Virus record (IMG/VR): IMGVR_UViG_3300031857_000002 | Location: 248,001-312,000 of that record | DNA: 64,000 bases | Reading direction: 5' to 3' (one strand) | Part shown: positions 18,090 to 28,105 of the stretch, piece by piece | How the letters are laid out: each line of letters opens with the position of its first letter | Numbering within the stretch: the stretch's first letter is position 1 | The notes under the pieces: generated by a model | The model's database searches: none | What the model was told of the DNA's origin: nothing | Seen by the model: only the letters and a program-made list of their open reading frames with translations | Program-made: the position numbers and the translations under genes

Positions 18090-19349
18090 ATGCGCGACCT
18101 ACTCGATTTACTCAAACTCTACGAAGCACCATCTAACAACTTGCCAAATGTTGATGAAATAGAAGCCTTTAAAAAGATCATTGCTGGCAAAATCAAACAA
18201 CTCCCCGACGATGACAACACTGCCAAGGCACTTCGTGAAATTGAGGACCTGCTTAAACACGTGAATGCCGGGGGAAAAATGGGCATTATCAATGGCGAAC
18301 TGGCCAGTGTCGATGACCCCACTGTGAGTGCGGCACAAAAGGAATTGGCCAGATATATCATGAGCATTGACATGACTCCTGCTGATCGTGATCAATTGTT
18401 TACATTATGGCGCAACAACAAGTTGGTCAAGATTGATCAACTGTTGGGACCTGGCAAAAAGAACTTTAGCGAAATCATCACTGGCTATAAAACAAACCCT
18501 GCTATCCGTGAATTGAGCAATGAACTCATGCGTATCAGTGCTCTAGGACAGGGCAAGGGCGAGTTTGGTCTCAGTGTCATGAGCAAAAGCATCAACAAAC
18601 AAGAAGGCAAGGGCGACCTGAACATCAGTGGACGACCTATTGAAGTCAAAACAACAGATGGCGGTGCAGGTCGATTCACTGACCAGGAAGTGCGCCCAGG
18701 CGCAGGGTTTGATCAGGCAGCTCGTCAACTGAACGCATTTATTAAACAATATCAACCCAACTTGGCCAAGAGTGGTGCCAACCTAGACGGACTTATTGGA
18801 TTTTATGAAGTGTTAAAGACCAACCCTGATCTCAAGGAAGATGCGGCAGCATTACTTGACATGATCAGCAATGTGATTCAAAATATTTTTGAAGGCGAAG
18901 ATATTTCTAAGATTATCAAGGCCATCGAGCGCAGTGATGTAAACGGCGCCAAGCAGGAGTATGCCAAGGCCAACTTCAACTACTACATGAGCAAGAAAAA
19001 AGACGAGGGTGTGTTATACATTAGTTTAGTCAAAGATCCAATCATGACAGTGTTCTTTAAAGATGCTGATGAGTTGGCCGACAGTGGATTGCGCTTGCAT
19101 GCTGGCACGACATACATTACCAGCACTTCGGATGTTCGCTTGCCATATCCGCAGATAGAAATTGTGGATACTACCGGTGGTGCAGGTGCAGGTGATGGCT
19201 CAGCTAACGCAGTCAATCCAGCGGCCTTGAGCAATCAAGATCTTGATGCTGTCAGCACAGGCGGACTACGTGGCCCAGGTGCAAAAAAAGCCCGAGCTCC
19301 AGTAGAACCTGATTTTGATGAGAAAACTACAGGGCGTAGAAAACGTTAA
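18090..19349 (+). CDS. hypothetical protein with PD-(D/E)XK-like motif, possible virion internal protein
   Basis: GKGEFGL...[13 protein letters not shown]; N-terminus [12 protein letters not shown]. Confidence 0.65.
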   Translation: MRDLLDLLKLYEAPSNNLPNVDEIEAFKKIIAGKIKQLPDDDNTAKALREIEDLLKHVNAGGKMGIINGELASVDDPTVSAAQKELARYIMSIDMTPADRDQLFTLWRNNKLVKIDQLLGPGKKNFSEIITGYKTNPAIRELSNELMRISALGQGKGEFGLSVMSKSINKQEGKGDLNISGRPIEVKTTDGGAGRFTDQEVRPGAGFDQAARQLNAFIKQYQPNLAKSGANLDGLIGFYEVLKTNPDLKEDAAALLDMISNVIQNIFEGEDISKIIKAIERSDVNGAKQEYAKANFNYYMSKKKDEGVLYISLVKDPIMTVFFKDADELADSGLRLHAGTTYITSTSDVRLPYPQIEIVDTTGGAGAGDGSANAVNPAALSNQDLDAVSTGGLRGPGAKKARAPVEPDFDEKTTGRRKR

Positions 19350-19918
19350 CGAGCCAGTTGGCTGATGTGATCGCAGATGCCTAGTTTCAGTGCTTCTTCG
19401 GCACTCAAATAAACATCATGTGGTGGCAACAGAGTTTTCTTGATCTCTTCTTCACTTAATCCTGTACAAGTCATATAGTGATTGACCATGCGTGTTTGTG
19501 TGAGTCCAAACTCTTTCATTGTGGCCAACAGCTCGTGATGTTTGCCATCACTGCCCCAGGCATACTGATGACTCATGATACTAGTGTTGGGTGTGAGTGT
19601 TCTGCGCCCTGGTGAACCTGCTAGGAATATCAGCAACCCTGCACTGGCAATTTGGCCCAGGCCCACAGTCTTGATGAATATGTTGGAACTCTTCATCACA
19701 TCAATCAAGGCAAAAGCCGCACTCATGTCTCCACCTTCTGAGCAGATCATCAGCAGGAGTTCTTTGCGCTTTTTCTTAGACACAAAGTTTTCATGCAAGA
19801 TCCACTCAATGATGGGTTTGATACTTTCATGGTCTACTTCACCCATAAAAACATACATGCCGTTGTCGGCTAGATCTTGACTGTGAGAGCTTTCGCTTGT
19901 GTTAGTTTCTGTGACCAT
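19346..19918 (-). CDS. divergent ClpP-family protease
   Basis: ICSEGG, QIASAG (Ser), MSHQ (His), HDVYLSAEEA (Asp). Confidence 0.88.
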   Translation of the reverse strand: MVTETNTSESSHSQDLADNGMYVFMGEVDHESIKPIIEWILHENFVSKKKRKELLLMICSEGGDMSAAFALIDVMKSSNIFIKTVGLGQIASAGLLIFLAGSPGRRTLTPNTSIMSHQYAWGSDGKHHELLATMKEFGLTQTRMVNHYMTCTGLSEEEIKKTLLPPHDVYLSAEEALKLGICDHISQLAR

Positions 19919-19965
19919 AATTGATAAATGATTAACTAAGCAGGATTATGTGCTTAGTTAATTAC

Positions 19966-21048
19966 TTATGCCGTGCATTGAGAGCTTTTAATAACAGATA
20001 ACTCAATATGCTGTACTGCCGCTAGAGCCTGAGTATTCTGCCCCAAACTCACCACAATACGGCTGTCTCGCACAAGATCACCATTGATACTGGTTTGATT
20101 GTTACGCCATTCTGCAAACGAAATGTCAGGTGCATACGGATGTGAATTGGTCCAATTTAGATCTTGCCATCTGTAACAATCACGTTTGATCACTCGTCTT
20201 TCAGAATCTCTCATGATCAACTGCATCACAGGTGTAGACCCAATAAATGCATCATTCACAAGATGTAGCTTTTGGTAGTCGTTGAATCCCAAGGTATTCT
20301 GCCATTTGGTCCAGCGATTGGGATCTTGCGCAATCACTCTAATGTAAGTTTGATTGGCACAGTCCTGATTTTGATTCCAACAGTTTCTTGCTTGAGGATT
20401 CTGTGAGGCAGCCTGTAACACTTCGTGCAGGCTGGTTATGTAACTATAGTTCCACTTCATTGAAAACGGAATTTCAATCAACGCCTGCCGATACTCGTCC
20501 ATTCTCAACACAGTGGCGCCCAAGGTGATATCGAACGCACGTCGGGGAAAATCCGCTAGCACCCGGGACACAATTTGATCACCGCTGGCTCGTTCAGCCA
20601 GCAAGGTCTCTACTCTAGCACTGGCCACTGGCCCGTTTAGTTGTCCTGCTACAGCGGATCTTCCTAGGATTCTGTTGGCAATGGCACTGTGACTGACCCA
20701 TATATCCATGACCATCACCGAGTTGTTGCCACGTGTGCTCTTGCTCAATATTTTGTAGTCTGTGACGTAGCCACTGCTGTAGTTGTACACATCGTTCTTG
20801 ATCAGTTGTTTTTTGTCCGACTCTCGTTCGCTGAGAATCAACGTGCCCACAGCTTGGTCTACTGCCAGTACAAATCCATTATGCCTGGCTTCGGTGTCAT
20901 TGACACCTTGTGCCTCAACTTGAATATAGAACGACCGGGTTTGATTCTTCAGTAGCCACTGTCCAACAGTGATTGCAATGCTGACGTTTGAGTTAGCATG
21001 CGCCGCTCCCAGGGCCAATAGTAGCACCACTGCAATTAGTTTTTTCAT
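19966..21048 (-). CDS. secreted hypothetical protein
   Basis: Signal peptide MKKLIAVVLLLALGAAHA. Confidence 0.8.
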   Translation of the reverse strand: MKKLIAVVLLLALGAAHANSNVSIAITVGQWLLKNQTRSFYIQVEAQGVNDTEARHNGFVLAVDQAVGTLILSERESDKKQLIKNDVYNYSSGYVTDYKILSKSTRGNNSVMVMDIWVSHSAIANRILGRSAVAGQLNGPVASARVETLLAERASGDQIVSRVLADFPRRAFDITLGATVLRMDEYRQALIEIPFSMKWNYSYITSLHEVLQAASQNPQARNCWNQNQDCANQTYIRVIAQDPNRWTKWQNTLGFNDYQKLHLVNDAFIGSTPVMQLIMRDSERRVIKRDCYRWQDLNWTNSHPYAPDISFAEWRNNQTSINGDLVRDSRIVVSLGQNTQALAAVQHIELSVIKSSQCTA

Positions 21049-21054
21049 GGCAGA

Positions 21055-21690
21055 TCAACGAGTGTTACCAAATTTATTTTGCAACATATTAGCAGTGCGT
21101 TCGCTGGTCTTGTCCCAGCGAATGGTCACTGCAACTTCTTGGCCGCCAACAACTTCTTCTTTCACTGTGTAGAACCCTCTAAGGATTGCTGAACTGTTGG
21201 CTTTCACACTGGATGTCAGTCTCATGGCAGTGTCGTTGCTGTTTTCACGCACACTCACATTGGTCTGCGTGGCTTCTTTGTCGGTCATCTCCACAGGATC
21301 ATGACCACCATGATTGGTGTTGAGTTTGTCTTTGGCCTTTTCCACGTTCTTGGCAATGGTACTGGTCACTCGTGAGCTGTTGATCTCTTCACGAATAAAG
21401 TGAGAAACATTGGCTCGAGCATTGTTGCCAGCATGAATCAGAGCTGTTTTACGATTCATCACAGTGTTGCCATTAGATGGTGCTGTGCCCACAGCTTCGA
21501 TACTTACAATTTCACAGTCGTCTTTGAAAGGTTTGTACCAGCGGCAGTTGGTCTCAATCTTCACACGCTCACTTACAAAACTTGTGGCCAGTTTCTGATT
21601 GCGAACTTGTTCATCACTGTTGGTAACTGCGGTGGTCGAACATCCTGTTATGGCCAAAGCGGCTACTAGGGTCAGTAATTTAAAATTCAT
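21055..21690 (-). CDS. lipoprotein (LPP20-like)
   Basis: Lipobox ITGC; GGAG RBS; TTGACG-17-TACAAT at 21720-21748. Confidence 0.75.
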   Translation of the reverse strand: MNFKLLTLVAALAITGCSTTAVTNSDEQVRNQKLATSFVSERVKIETNCRWYKPFKDDCEIVSIEAVGTAPSNGNTVMNRKTALIHAGNNARANVSHFIREEINSSRVTSTIAKNVEKAKDKLNTNHGGHDPVEMTDKEATQTNVSVRENSNDTAMRLTSSVKANSSAILRGFYTVKEEVVGGQEVAVTIRWDKTSERTANMLQNKFGNTR

Positions 21691-21737
21691 TTCAATCTCC
21701 AAAAAGTTTAAGATAGTGTATTGTAACGCAAAAAGAT

Positions 21738-21974
21738 TTATTCGTCAACTTGATCAATACCAAAATGGCGTCTGACTGCCCGGCTGGTGTTCCAGCCAAT
21801 GTTTTGGAACAGGTTTCGGTCAATCACTGTGGTACATTCTTCTACAATCAACTCGGCGAACTTTTGGTAAGCCTGTTCACATTCTTCGGCACCCATCCAT
21901 TTGGGCCATGGTTCGCCTTTGACGTCCACATACATTCCTGCCTCTTGAGCAAGTTCTTGAATTCGTTTGTTCAT
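21738..21974 (-). CDS. phage hypothetical protein
   Basis: MNKRIQELA...KFAELIVEEC pattern. Confidence 0.75.
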   Translation of the reverse strand: MNKRIQELAQEAGMYVDVKGEPWPKWMGAEECEQAYQKFAELIVEECTTVIDRNLFQNIGWNTSRAVRRHFGIDQVDE

Positions 21975-22603
21975 GTTCGTTCCTCAATGGAATAAAACCA
22001 ATCATCCCCGGCTGACCACTTGCGTGTGCCATCCACTGTGAATATGGTCTGTGCGGCCTTGAAGTCTGGAAACTTAACATTGCCAGAAATCAAACTTTGA
22101 TCATACCACAAGCATCGATTGTTGGGCTGGCAGGCAAACTGTCCGTTTTCTAATCGAATAAAATTAAAGCTCTTGTGTTCTTCTGCAACTTCGGTAAAAC
22201 CGGTGTCCACATCCATGCCGTCGGCACAAAAGTCCACAGTGAACAAATAGGTTCCGTGATGCCATTCTTTGTCTTTGCCCAGAAACTTCACACCTAGATT
22301 ACGTAGACCTATTTTTTCAATGATAGTGAAACGATAACCCATACAATCCCAAAGCTGTAGGATATCTATGGGTAGATTGCCGGTGTGGTCTTGTTGCCAT
22401 ACATAGGCATGGATTGGCAATTTGTCGTAGAGTGCTCCGTAGTTGGGCAACAAGCTCTCAATACGAAACACTTGTCCACGTAGAGCTTTGAGACTGACCC
22501 AGATGGCGGGTTCAAGTTCTCCATGACCTTGTTCAAAGTTATAGAGAAATTCTCGTTTGACCCAACACTTGATGGGCGGTAATGATCCCACAATGTAACT
22601 CAT
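21971..22603 (-). CDS. conserved hypothetical protein
   Basis: LQLWDC, YLFTVD, EHK, GQFACQPNNR. Confidence 0.8.
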   Translation of the reverse strand: MSYIVGSLPPIKCWVKREFLYNFEQGHGELEPAIWVSLKALRGQVFRIESLLPNYGALYDKLPIHAYVWQQDHTGNLPIDILQLWDCMGYRFTIIEKIGLRNLGVKFLGKDKEWHHGTYLFTVDFCADGMDVDTGFTEVAEEHKSFNFIRLENGQFACQPNNRCLWYDQSLISGNVKFPDFKAAQTIFTVDGTRKWSAGDDWFYSIEERT

Positions 22604-22752
22604 GCTGTGTCCCGGTTGCGATGTTTGACCTTGCGATTATACACGATCTTGGATTTTTCTGCACGTGATTTGAACGGGGTGTCGCGAGCGTACAACTCCA
22701 CAGCACGTCTGCGCAGTCTAGGTATTTGTAATACTAAAGTTATAGGTTTCAT
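22600..22752 (-). CDS. ArfA-like small basic protein
   Basis: Hand translation ...DTPFKSRAEKSKIVYNRKVKHRNRDTA; TTGACA-17-TATAAT at 22786-22814. Confidence 0.6.
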   Translation of the reverse strand: MKPITLVLQIPRLRRRAVELYARDTPFKSRAEKSKIVYNRKVKHRNRDTA

Positions 22753-22838
22753 GTTTACTTCATAAAAAAATCCGATCCATGCGTTATTATAGCACGAACC
22801 GGATTATGTGTCAAGTACCCTTACGGAGTACAGGGCAA

Positions 22839-23114
22839 TTACTTCTTAGAAGTAGTAGATTGGTAAGCCTTCATGATACCTTCACCAAACTTGGTGTAGT
22901 CAAACTTCATGGCTTCTTGTGAGGCCTTGACCATTTCGCTAGTTAATGTAGCAAATGTATCTGTACCAACTTTGGCAGCTTTCTTTGTGTAAGAGGCTTG
23001 CTCATCAATGAAAGTGTTCATTGCGTCTGCGATTTTTTCGTTTTGGACAAATGTCTTGACAAATTGTTTTTTACCGGTTTGTACGGCGTCGATTGTTGCG
23101 TCTAATGTAAACAT
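22839..23114 (-). CDS. phasin-like amphipathic helical protein
   Basis: 91-aa Ala/Thr/Lys-rich helical protein; AGGAG RBS; PhaR-like palindrome upstream. Confidence 0.55.
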   Translation of the reverse strand: MFTLDATIDAVQTGKKQFVKTFVQNEKIADAMNTFIDEQASYTKKAAKVGTDTFATLTSEMVKASQEAMKFDYTKFGEGIMKAYQSTTSKK

Positions 23115-23120
23115 AATTTT

Positions 23121-23170
23121 CTCCTATTAAGCGAGTTTACTACAGGGCCCGACCTATTCAGCACCCTATG
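23121..23170 (-). promoter_or_regulatory. ROSE-like RNA thermometer candidate
   Basis: CUC-G-CU-UAAU-AGGAG hairpin with bulged G over the SD, plus an upstream hairpin. Confidence 0.45.
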
Positions 23171-23188
23171 TTCTATTGTAACATTATT

Positions 23189-23207
23189 TATGTTGCGGCG
23201 CAACATA
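23189..23207. promoter_or_regulatory. palindromic operator, PhaR-box-like
   Basis: TATGTTGCG-G-CGCAACATA (core TGCGGCGCA) abutting TAAATA at 23185-23190. Confidence 0.55.
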
Positions 23208-23263
23208 TTTTGATATTTTTTCTAGTGAATGGTCACTAATAAATAACTGTATAGGAGAACATT

Positions 23264-23515
23264 ATGTTTACAAAAATCAAAGAATTCTTGTTTGGTAAAG
23301 ACCCGGTACAATCACCTGTGGCGGCACCTTACAAGGTTGATGCACCGGCAGAAGTTGGCAAGCCAGCTGACGATCGAGTTGAAGCACCTGCACCAGTTGC
23401 GGCTGCTAAACCGGCTGTCAAGGCACCTGCCAAGAAAGCACCAGCACCAAAAGCTGAGCCTAAGCCCAAATCACCACCAAAACCGCGAGCTCCTCGAAAG
23501 CCTGCGGCCAAGTAA
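23264..23515 (+). CDS. Ala/Pro/Lys-rich low-complexity protein
   Basis: TAAATA and AGGAG upstream; basic tail. Confidence 0.75.
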   Translation: MFTKIKEFLFGKDPVQSPVAAPYKVDAPAEVGKPADDRVEAPAPVAAAKPAVKAPAKKAPAPKAEPKPKSPPKPRAPRKPAAK

Positions 23516-23540
23516 AAAAACCCCGAAAGGGGCTTTTTTT
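23514..23540. terminator. bidirectional intrinsic terminator
   Basis: A7-CCCC-GAAA-GGGG-C-T7. Confidence 0.8.
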
Positions 23541-24021
23541 ATCTAGTAATCATAGCAAAAGTAAACAGCACGACAGGGACAGCTATTGCCATGAAACTGG
23601 TACCTATGAGTAGTCTATCTATCATGTCGGACTGTGCTTGAATTCTAGCATTTTTTATGTCTGCCTGTAGCTTGGCACGTTCTTTGTACATACGCACACG
23701 TTCAGCCATCATTTCGTCCCATACATCCTTGTTGCCTGACCATATCAACATCTCTTTTAGTTCTTTCTCAGCATCTCGCAGTGCCTTGCTCTGCATGGCA
23801 ATCTGTACAGACATTGCTCTGATCTGCCCGTCGGTGAGAATTTTTTTACTGGTTTGTGCCTCTATGCTGGCAGCGTGAATTGTGTCGCTGTTCTCAAAGA
23901 ACTTGGCAAACTGTCCGTAGAGACTGTTGACATCCTTGCCCAGAGCAATGGCTTTTTTGATATAATTTACCGATTGTTGGGCGGCTGTGAACGCAATGCC
24001 AATTGTGATAGGATCAAGCAT
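23539..24021 (-). CDS. coiled-coil protein with C-terminal TM helix
   Basis: MLDPITIG start; hydrophobic C-terminus. Confidence 0.75.
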   Translation of the reverse strand: MLDPITIGIAFTAAQQSVNYIKKAIALGKDVNSLYGQFAKFFENSDTIHAASIEAQTSKKILTDGQIRAMSVQIAMQSKALRDAEKELKEMLIWSGNKDVWDEMMAERVRMYKERAKLQADIKNARIQAQSDMIDRLLIGTSFMAIAVPVVLFTFAMITR

Positions 24022-24181
24022 TTTTCTTGGGTTCCTTGTCTTTGGGCGGCTTTAGGGGCCTGTCCCATTGTACACATACCACCCGACGATTATAGACGTC
24101 ACCCGTCCATGTCCACTTTACACACCTTGGCTCATTTGCCAGCATGCCTGCCAACATCAATGAGCCAATGGCGTTGAACAT
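24014..24181 (-). CDS. small secreted Cys-pair protein
   Basis: Hand translation MFNAIGSLMLAGMLANEPRCVKWTWTGDVYNRRVVCVQW... Confidence 0.6.
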   Translation of the reverse strand: MFNAIGSLMLAGMLANEPRCVKWTWTGDVYNRRVVCVQWDRPLKPPKDKEPKKNA

Positions 24182-24182
24182 A

Positions 24183-24803
24183 CTACTTGTTGGCCAATGG
24201 ATTGTCCATGGCTTTTTGTATCTTGCTGTCGACTTCTCTCTTGAGTGTTTCTACTTCGCGGTTGATTTCTCTACGAGCTGATGTAAATTCACTGTTGATT
24301 TCCTTGCGTGTGTTTTCCATGTCTCGGCGAATTGCAGCCGCTTCAGTTCTGGCTCTCTCTAAGTCTTCACGCACTGCCTTGCGCATATCTCGCATCTCTG
24401 ATTCAGTTTCACGCTGTGCTGTTTTGACACTGCGTTCCACTTGTTCTGTAACAGTTTCGTTACGACGAATATCATTCTTCAAATCAGTTTTGATATCACG
24501 AGTGTAGTCGCTGGTTTTGCTAGAGTTTTCTTCAATCACAGCTAAACGCTTGTCAAATTCACTTAGATCCGGAGCGGCGTATTCAGCAATCTTTTTCTTC
24601 ATGCCCACGTAGTCTTTGTACACTTCAAATGTTCCATATAGTCCGCCCAGTATACTACTAACAATAGTGGCGGCCACCATGAGCTTGGCTGGTGTAAATT
24701 CATATCCACCAATTGAGATAACAGTATCTTTTGAGGCGTACTTTTTGGCGGCTGCTTCTAGTTCATCAACCTTGGCATTAACATTTTTTATTTCTTCTGT
24801 CAT
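24183..24803 (-). CDS. membrane-anchored coiled-coil protein
   Basis: One TM helix followed by long heptad region, ends DNPLANK. Confidence 0.8.
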   Translation of the reverse strand: MTEEIKNVNAKVDELEAAAKKYASKDTVISIGGYEFTPAKLMVAATIVSSILGGLYGTFEVYKDYVGMKKKIAEYAAPDLSEFDKRLAVIEENSSKTSDYTRDIKTDLKNDIRRNETVTEQVERSVKTAQRETESEMRDMRKAVREDLERARTEAAAIRRDMENTRKEINSEFTSARREINREVETLKREVDSKIQKAMDNPLANK

Positions 24804-24813
24804 TTTTGTTTCC

Positions 24814-27048
24814 TTATTTGTATTGTAAGTTCACCAGTTCTTGGTGTAATCGATCACTGGCTAGTCCACGCAACAATCTCACATTGTCAACGTTGACTTG
24901 ATTTCGATAAATCTCTCGTGGTGCATAAAAGCTCGCATCTGGCATGGCCACTGCGTATGCTTGATAACCTTGAGGTTGTGTTGCCATTGTTGCAATGTCT
25001 ACTCGGCCTGCTAATTCATTTGGTTGAACATTCTTGTTTACTGCGTCTGTTTTTTGTTCTTGTGCATTTGCGTTTAATATCGCTGGACGTTGTTCCATTG
25101 CATCATTTAATGCTGACCGTCCACCCACTTTGATACCTTCATTCTGTGGAACTTCTACGTCTGGTTGTCTGTTATTAATGCCCGGTGGTGCTTGTAAACT
25201 GTACATATCAAATTGACTCTGCATCATACTTGAGGATAACGATGCGCTTGGGTCAGCAAATACGCTTTGTGTTGCTGGACGTAGTCCACCAACATTGACC
25301 ACGCTAGTTTGTGATACACTGGCTACATTTACTGCAGGTGCCTGTGATTGAATGTTAACAGTCGCAGACAATCCTGTACTTGTATTAGATTGTGTCATAC
25401 TGCTAGAGATACTTTGTGTAGTTAATGTGCCTGCGACATTTTCTGCTTGTTGTTGTGCCTGTTGTGCATCTTTGGCTGCGGCTGACTCTGCGGCTTGAAC
25501 CACTGTTTTGGCTTCGTTGCCTATTCTAGCTTGATTACTACTAATCATACTCATAACACTACTTAAACTAGGACTTGATTTGCTAGTGCTGTCACCTGCT
25601 GTTTTAACTTCGCCTGCTTTGGGTTGACTGCCGCCACCTTGCGGAGGAGGTTGATTTGCTGGTGTATTATTTGTATTAGAAGCCGGCGGAGGTGGACCTT
25701 CTCGGGGAGGTGGACTACCTGGTGGCGGTTCTGAGCCTGGTGGAGGGGGAGGACTACCCGGTGGCGGTGGACTGCCAGGAGGAGGTGGAGGCTGTGTAGG
25801 ATCATTCGCTGACATTCCTGTTGCAGGATCCATTGTTGAGGACTGTGTACCATCTGTAGTTGATGTGCTTGCCGGCGCAAGTTGTTTTGCTATAGCGAAT
25901 GCATATCCTTTACAATTTGAACTGTATAAAGGATTAGCTATACAAGGATCAGCAGTGTAAATCATTGTTGCCCAAGCACCTTCTATAGACGAATTTGTAC
26001 CTGATGCGGACCCTACAATTCTACTCGTACCCAGTAATGATTGATTCATACTTGATGGCAACAGATATTTGTCACTAACTGATCCACTAGTGCCGTCACC
26101 TGTAAAACTATAACTCTTTGAATGTATAGACTGGTTGTTACTATTAGTAAGTGAGAATGTTGCATTTGCATATGCAGGCACGTTCATATACCATGAACAC
26201 GATCCGTCTTGGTTGGTAGCAGTACATCCGTACCAACTTTGTCCAACTCTCCAATTAAACCCGTAATTAAATCCATGTACTCTAGCACCAACACCTGCAC
26301 TTTGTAATGCTGTATTAATAGCAAATGCTTGATTTAGACTAGAACCACCTTGAGTTGAATCTAATAAATTATTAGTGTTAAGAATGTTACCAAAGCCAGC
26401 ACAAGTTGAACTATAAGCAGGATTACTAGCACAGGGATCAACTGAGTATTTTAATTTAGCGTATACATCAGTAACCACCGGCCCATACAAACCAGCCCAG
26501 CCTCCCGAGTCAACACCGGAGAATGAAATGTTTAGTTTATTAAGACCAGTGAGTGTGTATGGAGTTGCAAAGGTAACATTCTGATTTTCTTGCTGCCAGG
26601 CATATAGCCACGTGTTATAATTAAAATTCTGAGAATATACATTAGTACCTGCTGAGTTAGTTAAACTAACATTAGCACTTAATTGATCAACTATGCCATT
26701 TGAATCAGTGCAAGATTGTTCCCCACCTATTTGGTTCTTACACCAGTTAGCATACCGCCATCCATATTGTAGCCCGTTGACTACAATGCCTGTTCCATTT
26801 AAGGCTTGATTGACTGCAATTGATTGTGATACGGTGCCAGCTTGCCAACTAAATTGATAACCATAACTGCCCCCAGCGCCAAACAACCCGGGTTCACCAT
26901 TTCCAGTTGCGGTCCATCCAGTAGATCCGTTGGTGAATACTGGATTGGTAATCAAATTACCAGTAATAGATATATCTTGACTGTTAGAATAGCTTGTGAG
27001 CAAGAACGCCAAGGATAGCGCCAATGCCAACTTTCTTATAAGTGTCAT
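24814..27048 (-). CDS. large secreted protein: two tandem beta-rich domains and Pro-rich linker
   Basis: Signal peptide; repeated AxNxAL..G..V.G..YG and DPC..NP.YS..C.G(F/Y); PPPPGS repeats. Confidence 0.85.
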   Translation of the reverse strand: MTLIRKLALALSLAFLLTSYSNSQDISITGNLITNPVFTNGSTGWTATGNGEPGLFGAGGSYGYQFSWQAGTVSQSIAVNQALNGTGIVVNGLQYGWRYANWCKNQIGGEQSCTDSNGIVDQLSANVSLTNSAGTNVYSQNFNYNTWLYAWQQENQNVTFATPYTLTGLNKLNISFSGVDSGGWAGLYGPVVTDVYAKLKYSVDPCASNPAYSSTCAGFGNILNTNNLLDSTQGGSSLNQAFAINTALQSAGVGARVHGFNYGFNWRVGQSWYGCTATNQDGSCSWYMNVPAYANATFSLTNSNNQSIHSKSYSFTGDGTSGSVSDKYLLPSSMNQSLLGTSRIVGSASGTNSSIEGAWATMIYTADPCIANPLYSSNCKGYAFAIAKQLAPASTSTTDGTQSSTMDPATGMSANDPTQPPPPPGSPPPPGSPPPPPGSEPPPGSPPPREGPPPPASNTNNTPANQPPPQGGGSQPKAGEVKTAGDSTSKSSPSLSSVMSMISSNQARIGNEAKTVVQAAESAAAKDAQQAQQQAENVAGTLTTQSISSSMTQSNTSTGLSATVNIQSQAPAVNVASVSQTSVVNVGGLRPATQSVFADPSASLSSSMMQSQFDMYSLQAPPGINNRQPDVEVPQNEGIKVGGRSALNDAMEQRPAILNANAQEQKTDAVNKNVQPNELAGRVDIATMATQPQGYQAYAVAMPDASFYAPREIYRNQVNVDNVRLLRGLASDRLHQELVNLQYK

Positions 27049-28105
27049 CTAATTTTACCTCATCCAACTTTGGAATCTTGTGTGGATTAGCTTCCCAACT
27101 TGCCTTGGCTTGTTCACCAATCTTGCCTTCGTATGGGCAAGGTGTACCGGCTGCCAACATAGCGTCAAACACACGACGGTCTTGACACATGGTAGCAACT
27201 GCGGCTACCTTCATTCCCATGTCGTATAGTGTCTTTGAGAGTTTCAATCGTTCACAATTCATATCACGTACGGTACCACCTGAACTAACACCAAATACTT
27301 GTGTCTGAACTGATCCAGAACTACCTGTACTACATAGGTCAGCGTTACCACCTGACAGCATAGCAGGTGCTACCGCAGTAGGCGGAGGTTGAATAACACG
27401 TTGCGTAATCTCAGTTTGATTAATATTCTTGTTGGTTAACTCACCTTGCTGAATATTTGTGTTAACTGAATTATTTTGATTAACATTATTGTTAACTGAA
27501 GTACTTGTAGAATTATTAATATTACGATTGGTCATATCACCAGTGTTAACGTTGTTGTTGGTAGAGGTACTGGTGCTGACATTGTTGTTGTTATTTGTAG
27601 CTGTGCTGGTACTCACATTGTTGTTGTTATATGTCATTGTACCAGTATTTTCGTTTTTGTTGATATTGGTATTGTTGCTGGTACTGGTGCTGACATTGTT
27701 GTTGTTGTATGTCATTGTTCCAGAGTTGATGTTGTTATTGGTATAAGTCATTGATCCTGAATTCACATTGTTATTGTTAACAGTGCTTGTACCGCTATTG
27801 ATGTTGTTATTTGTGTTTACACTGGTACTGTTGTTATTGTTAGTATTTGCACTGGTACTATTAACTGTGGCTGCGCTGGTACTGGTACTGTTGCTGTTGG
27901 TATTGCTGTTTGAAGTAACTGTGCTGGTGCTGTTGCTGGTGCTGTTGGTATCAACCAGGGTTTTTGAGTCGTAGGTACCTTGGTTGATTAATGTACTTGT
28001 GCCAGTGGTTGTTCCACCAGCTGTACTAGATGTAGTGGTTGTTTGTGCTGTGGCAGTGACCACAAGCACAAGGCTGGCTAGGCCTATGGCAATTCTTTTT
28101 ATCAT
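26984..28105 (-). CDS. secreted Asn/Thr/Ser-repeat protein with Cys-rich C-terminal domain
   Basis: Signal peptide; NNNNVSTSTS and SGTMTYN repeats; CERLKLSK...MCQD...GTPCP. Confidence 0.85.
   Translation of the reverse strand: MIKRIAIGLASLVLVVTATAQTTTTSSTAGGTTTGTSTLINQGTYDSKTLVDTNSTSNSTSTVTSNSNTNSNSTSTSAATVNSTSANTNNNNSTSVNTNNNINSGTSTVNNNNVNSGSMTYTNNNINSGTMTYNNNNVSTSTSNNTNINKNENTGTMTYNNNNVSTSTATNNNNNVSTSTSTNNNVNTGDMTNRNINNSTSTSVNNNVNQNNSVNTNIQQGELTNKNINQTEITQRVIQPPPTAVAPAMLSGGNADLCSTGSSGSVQTQVFGVSSGGTVRDMNCERLKLSKTLYDMGMKVAAVATMCQDRRVFDAMLAAGTPCPYEGKIGEQAKASWEANPHKIPKLDEVKLDDTYKKVGIGAILGVLAHKLF

Noticed and set aside
27489-27974. Leu/Val-rich plus-strand ORFs and other short antisense ORFs in the track
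   Set aside because: They are shadows of real minus-strand genes (here the Asn/Thr repeats) and have no RBS or promoter support.
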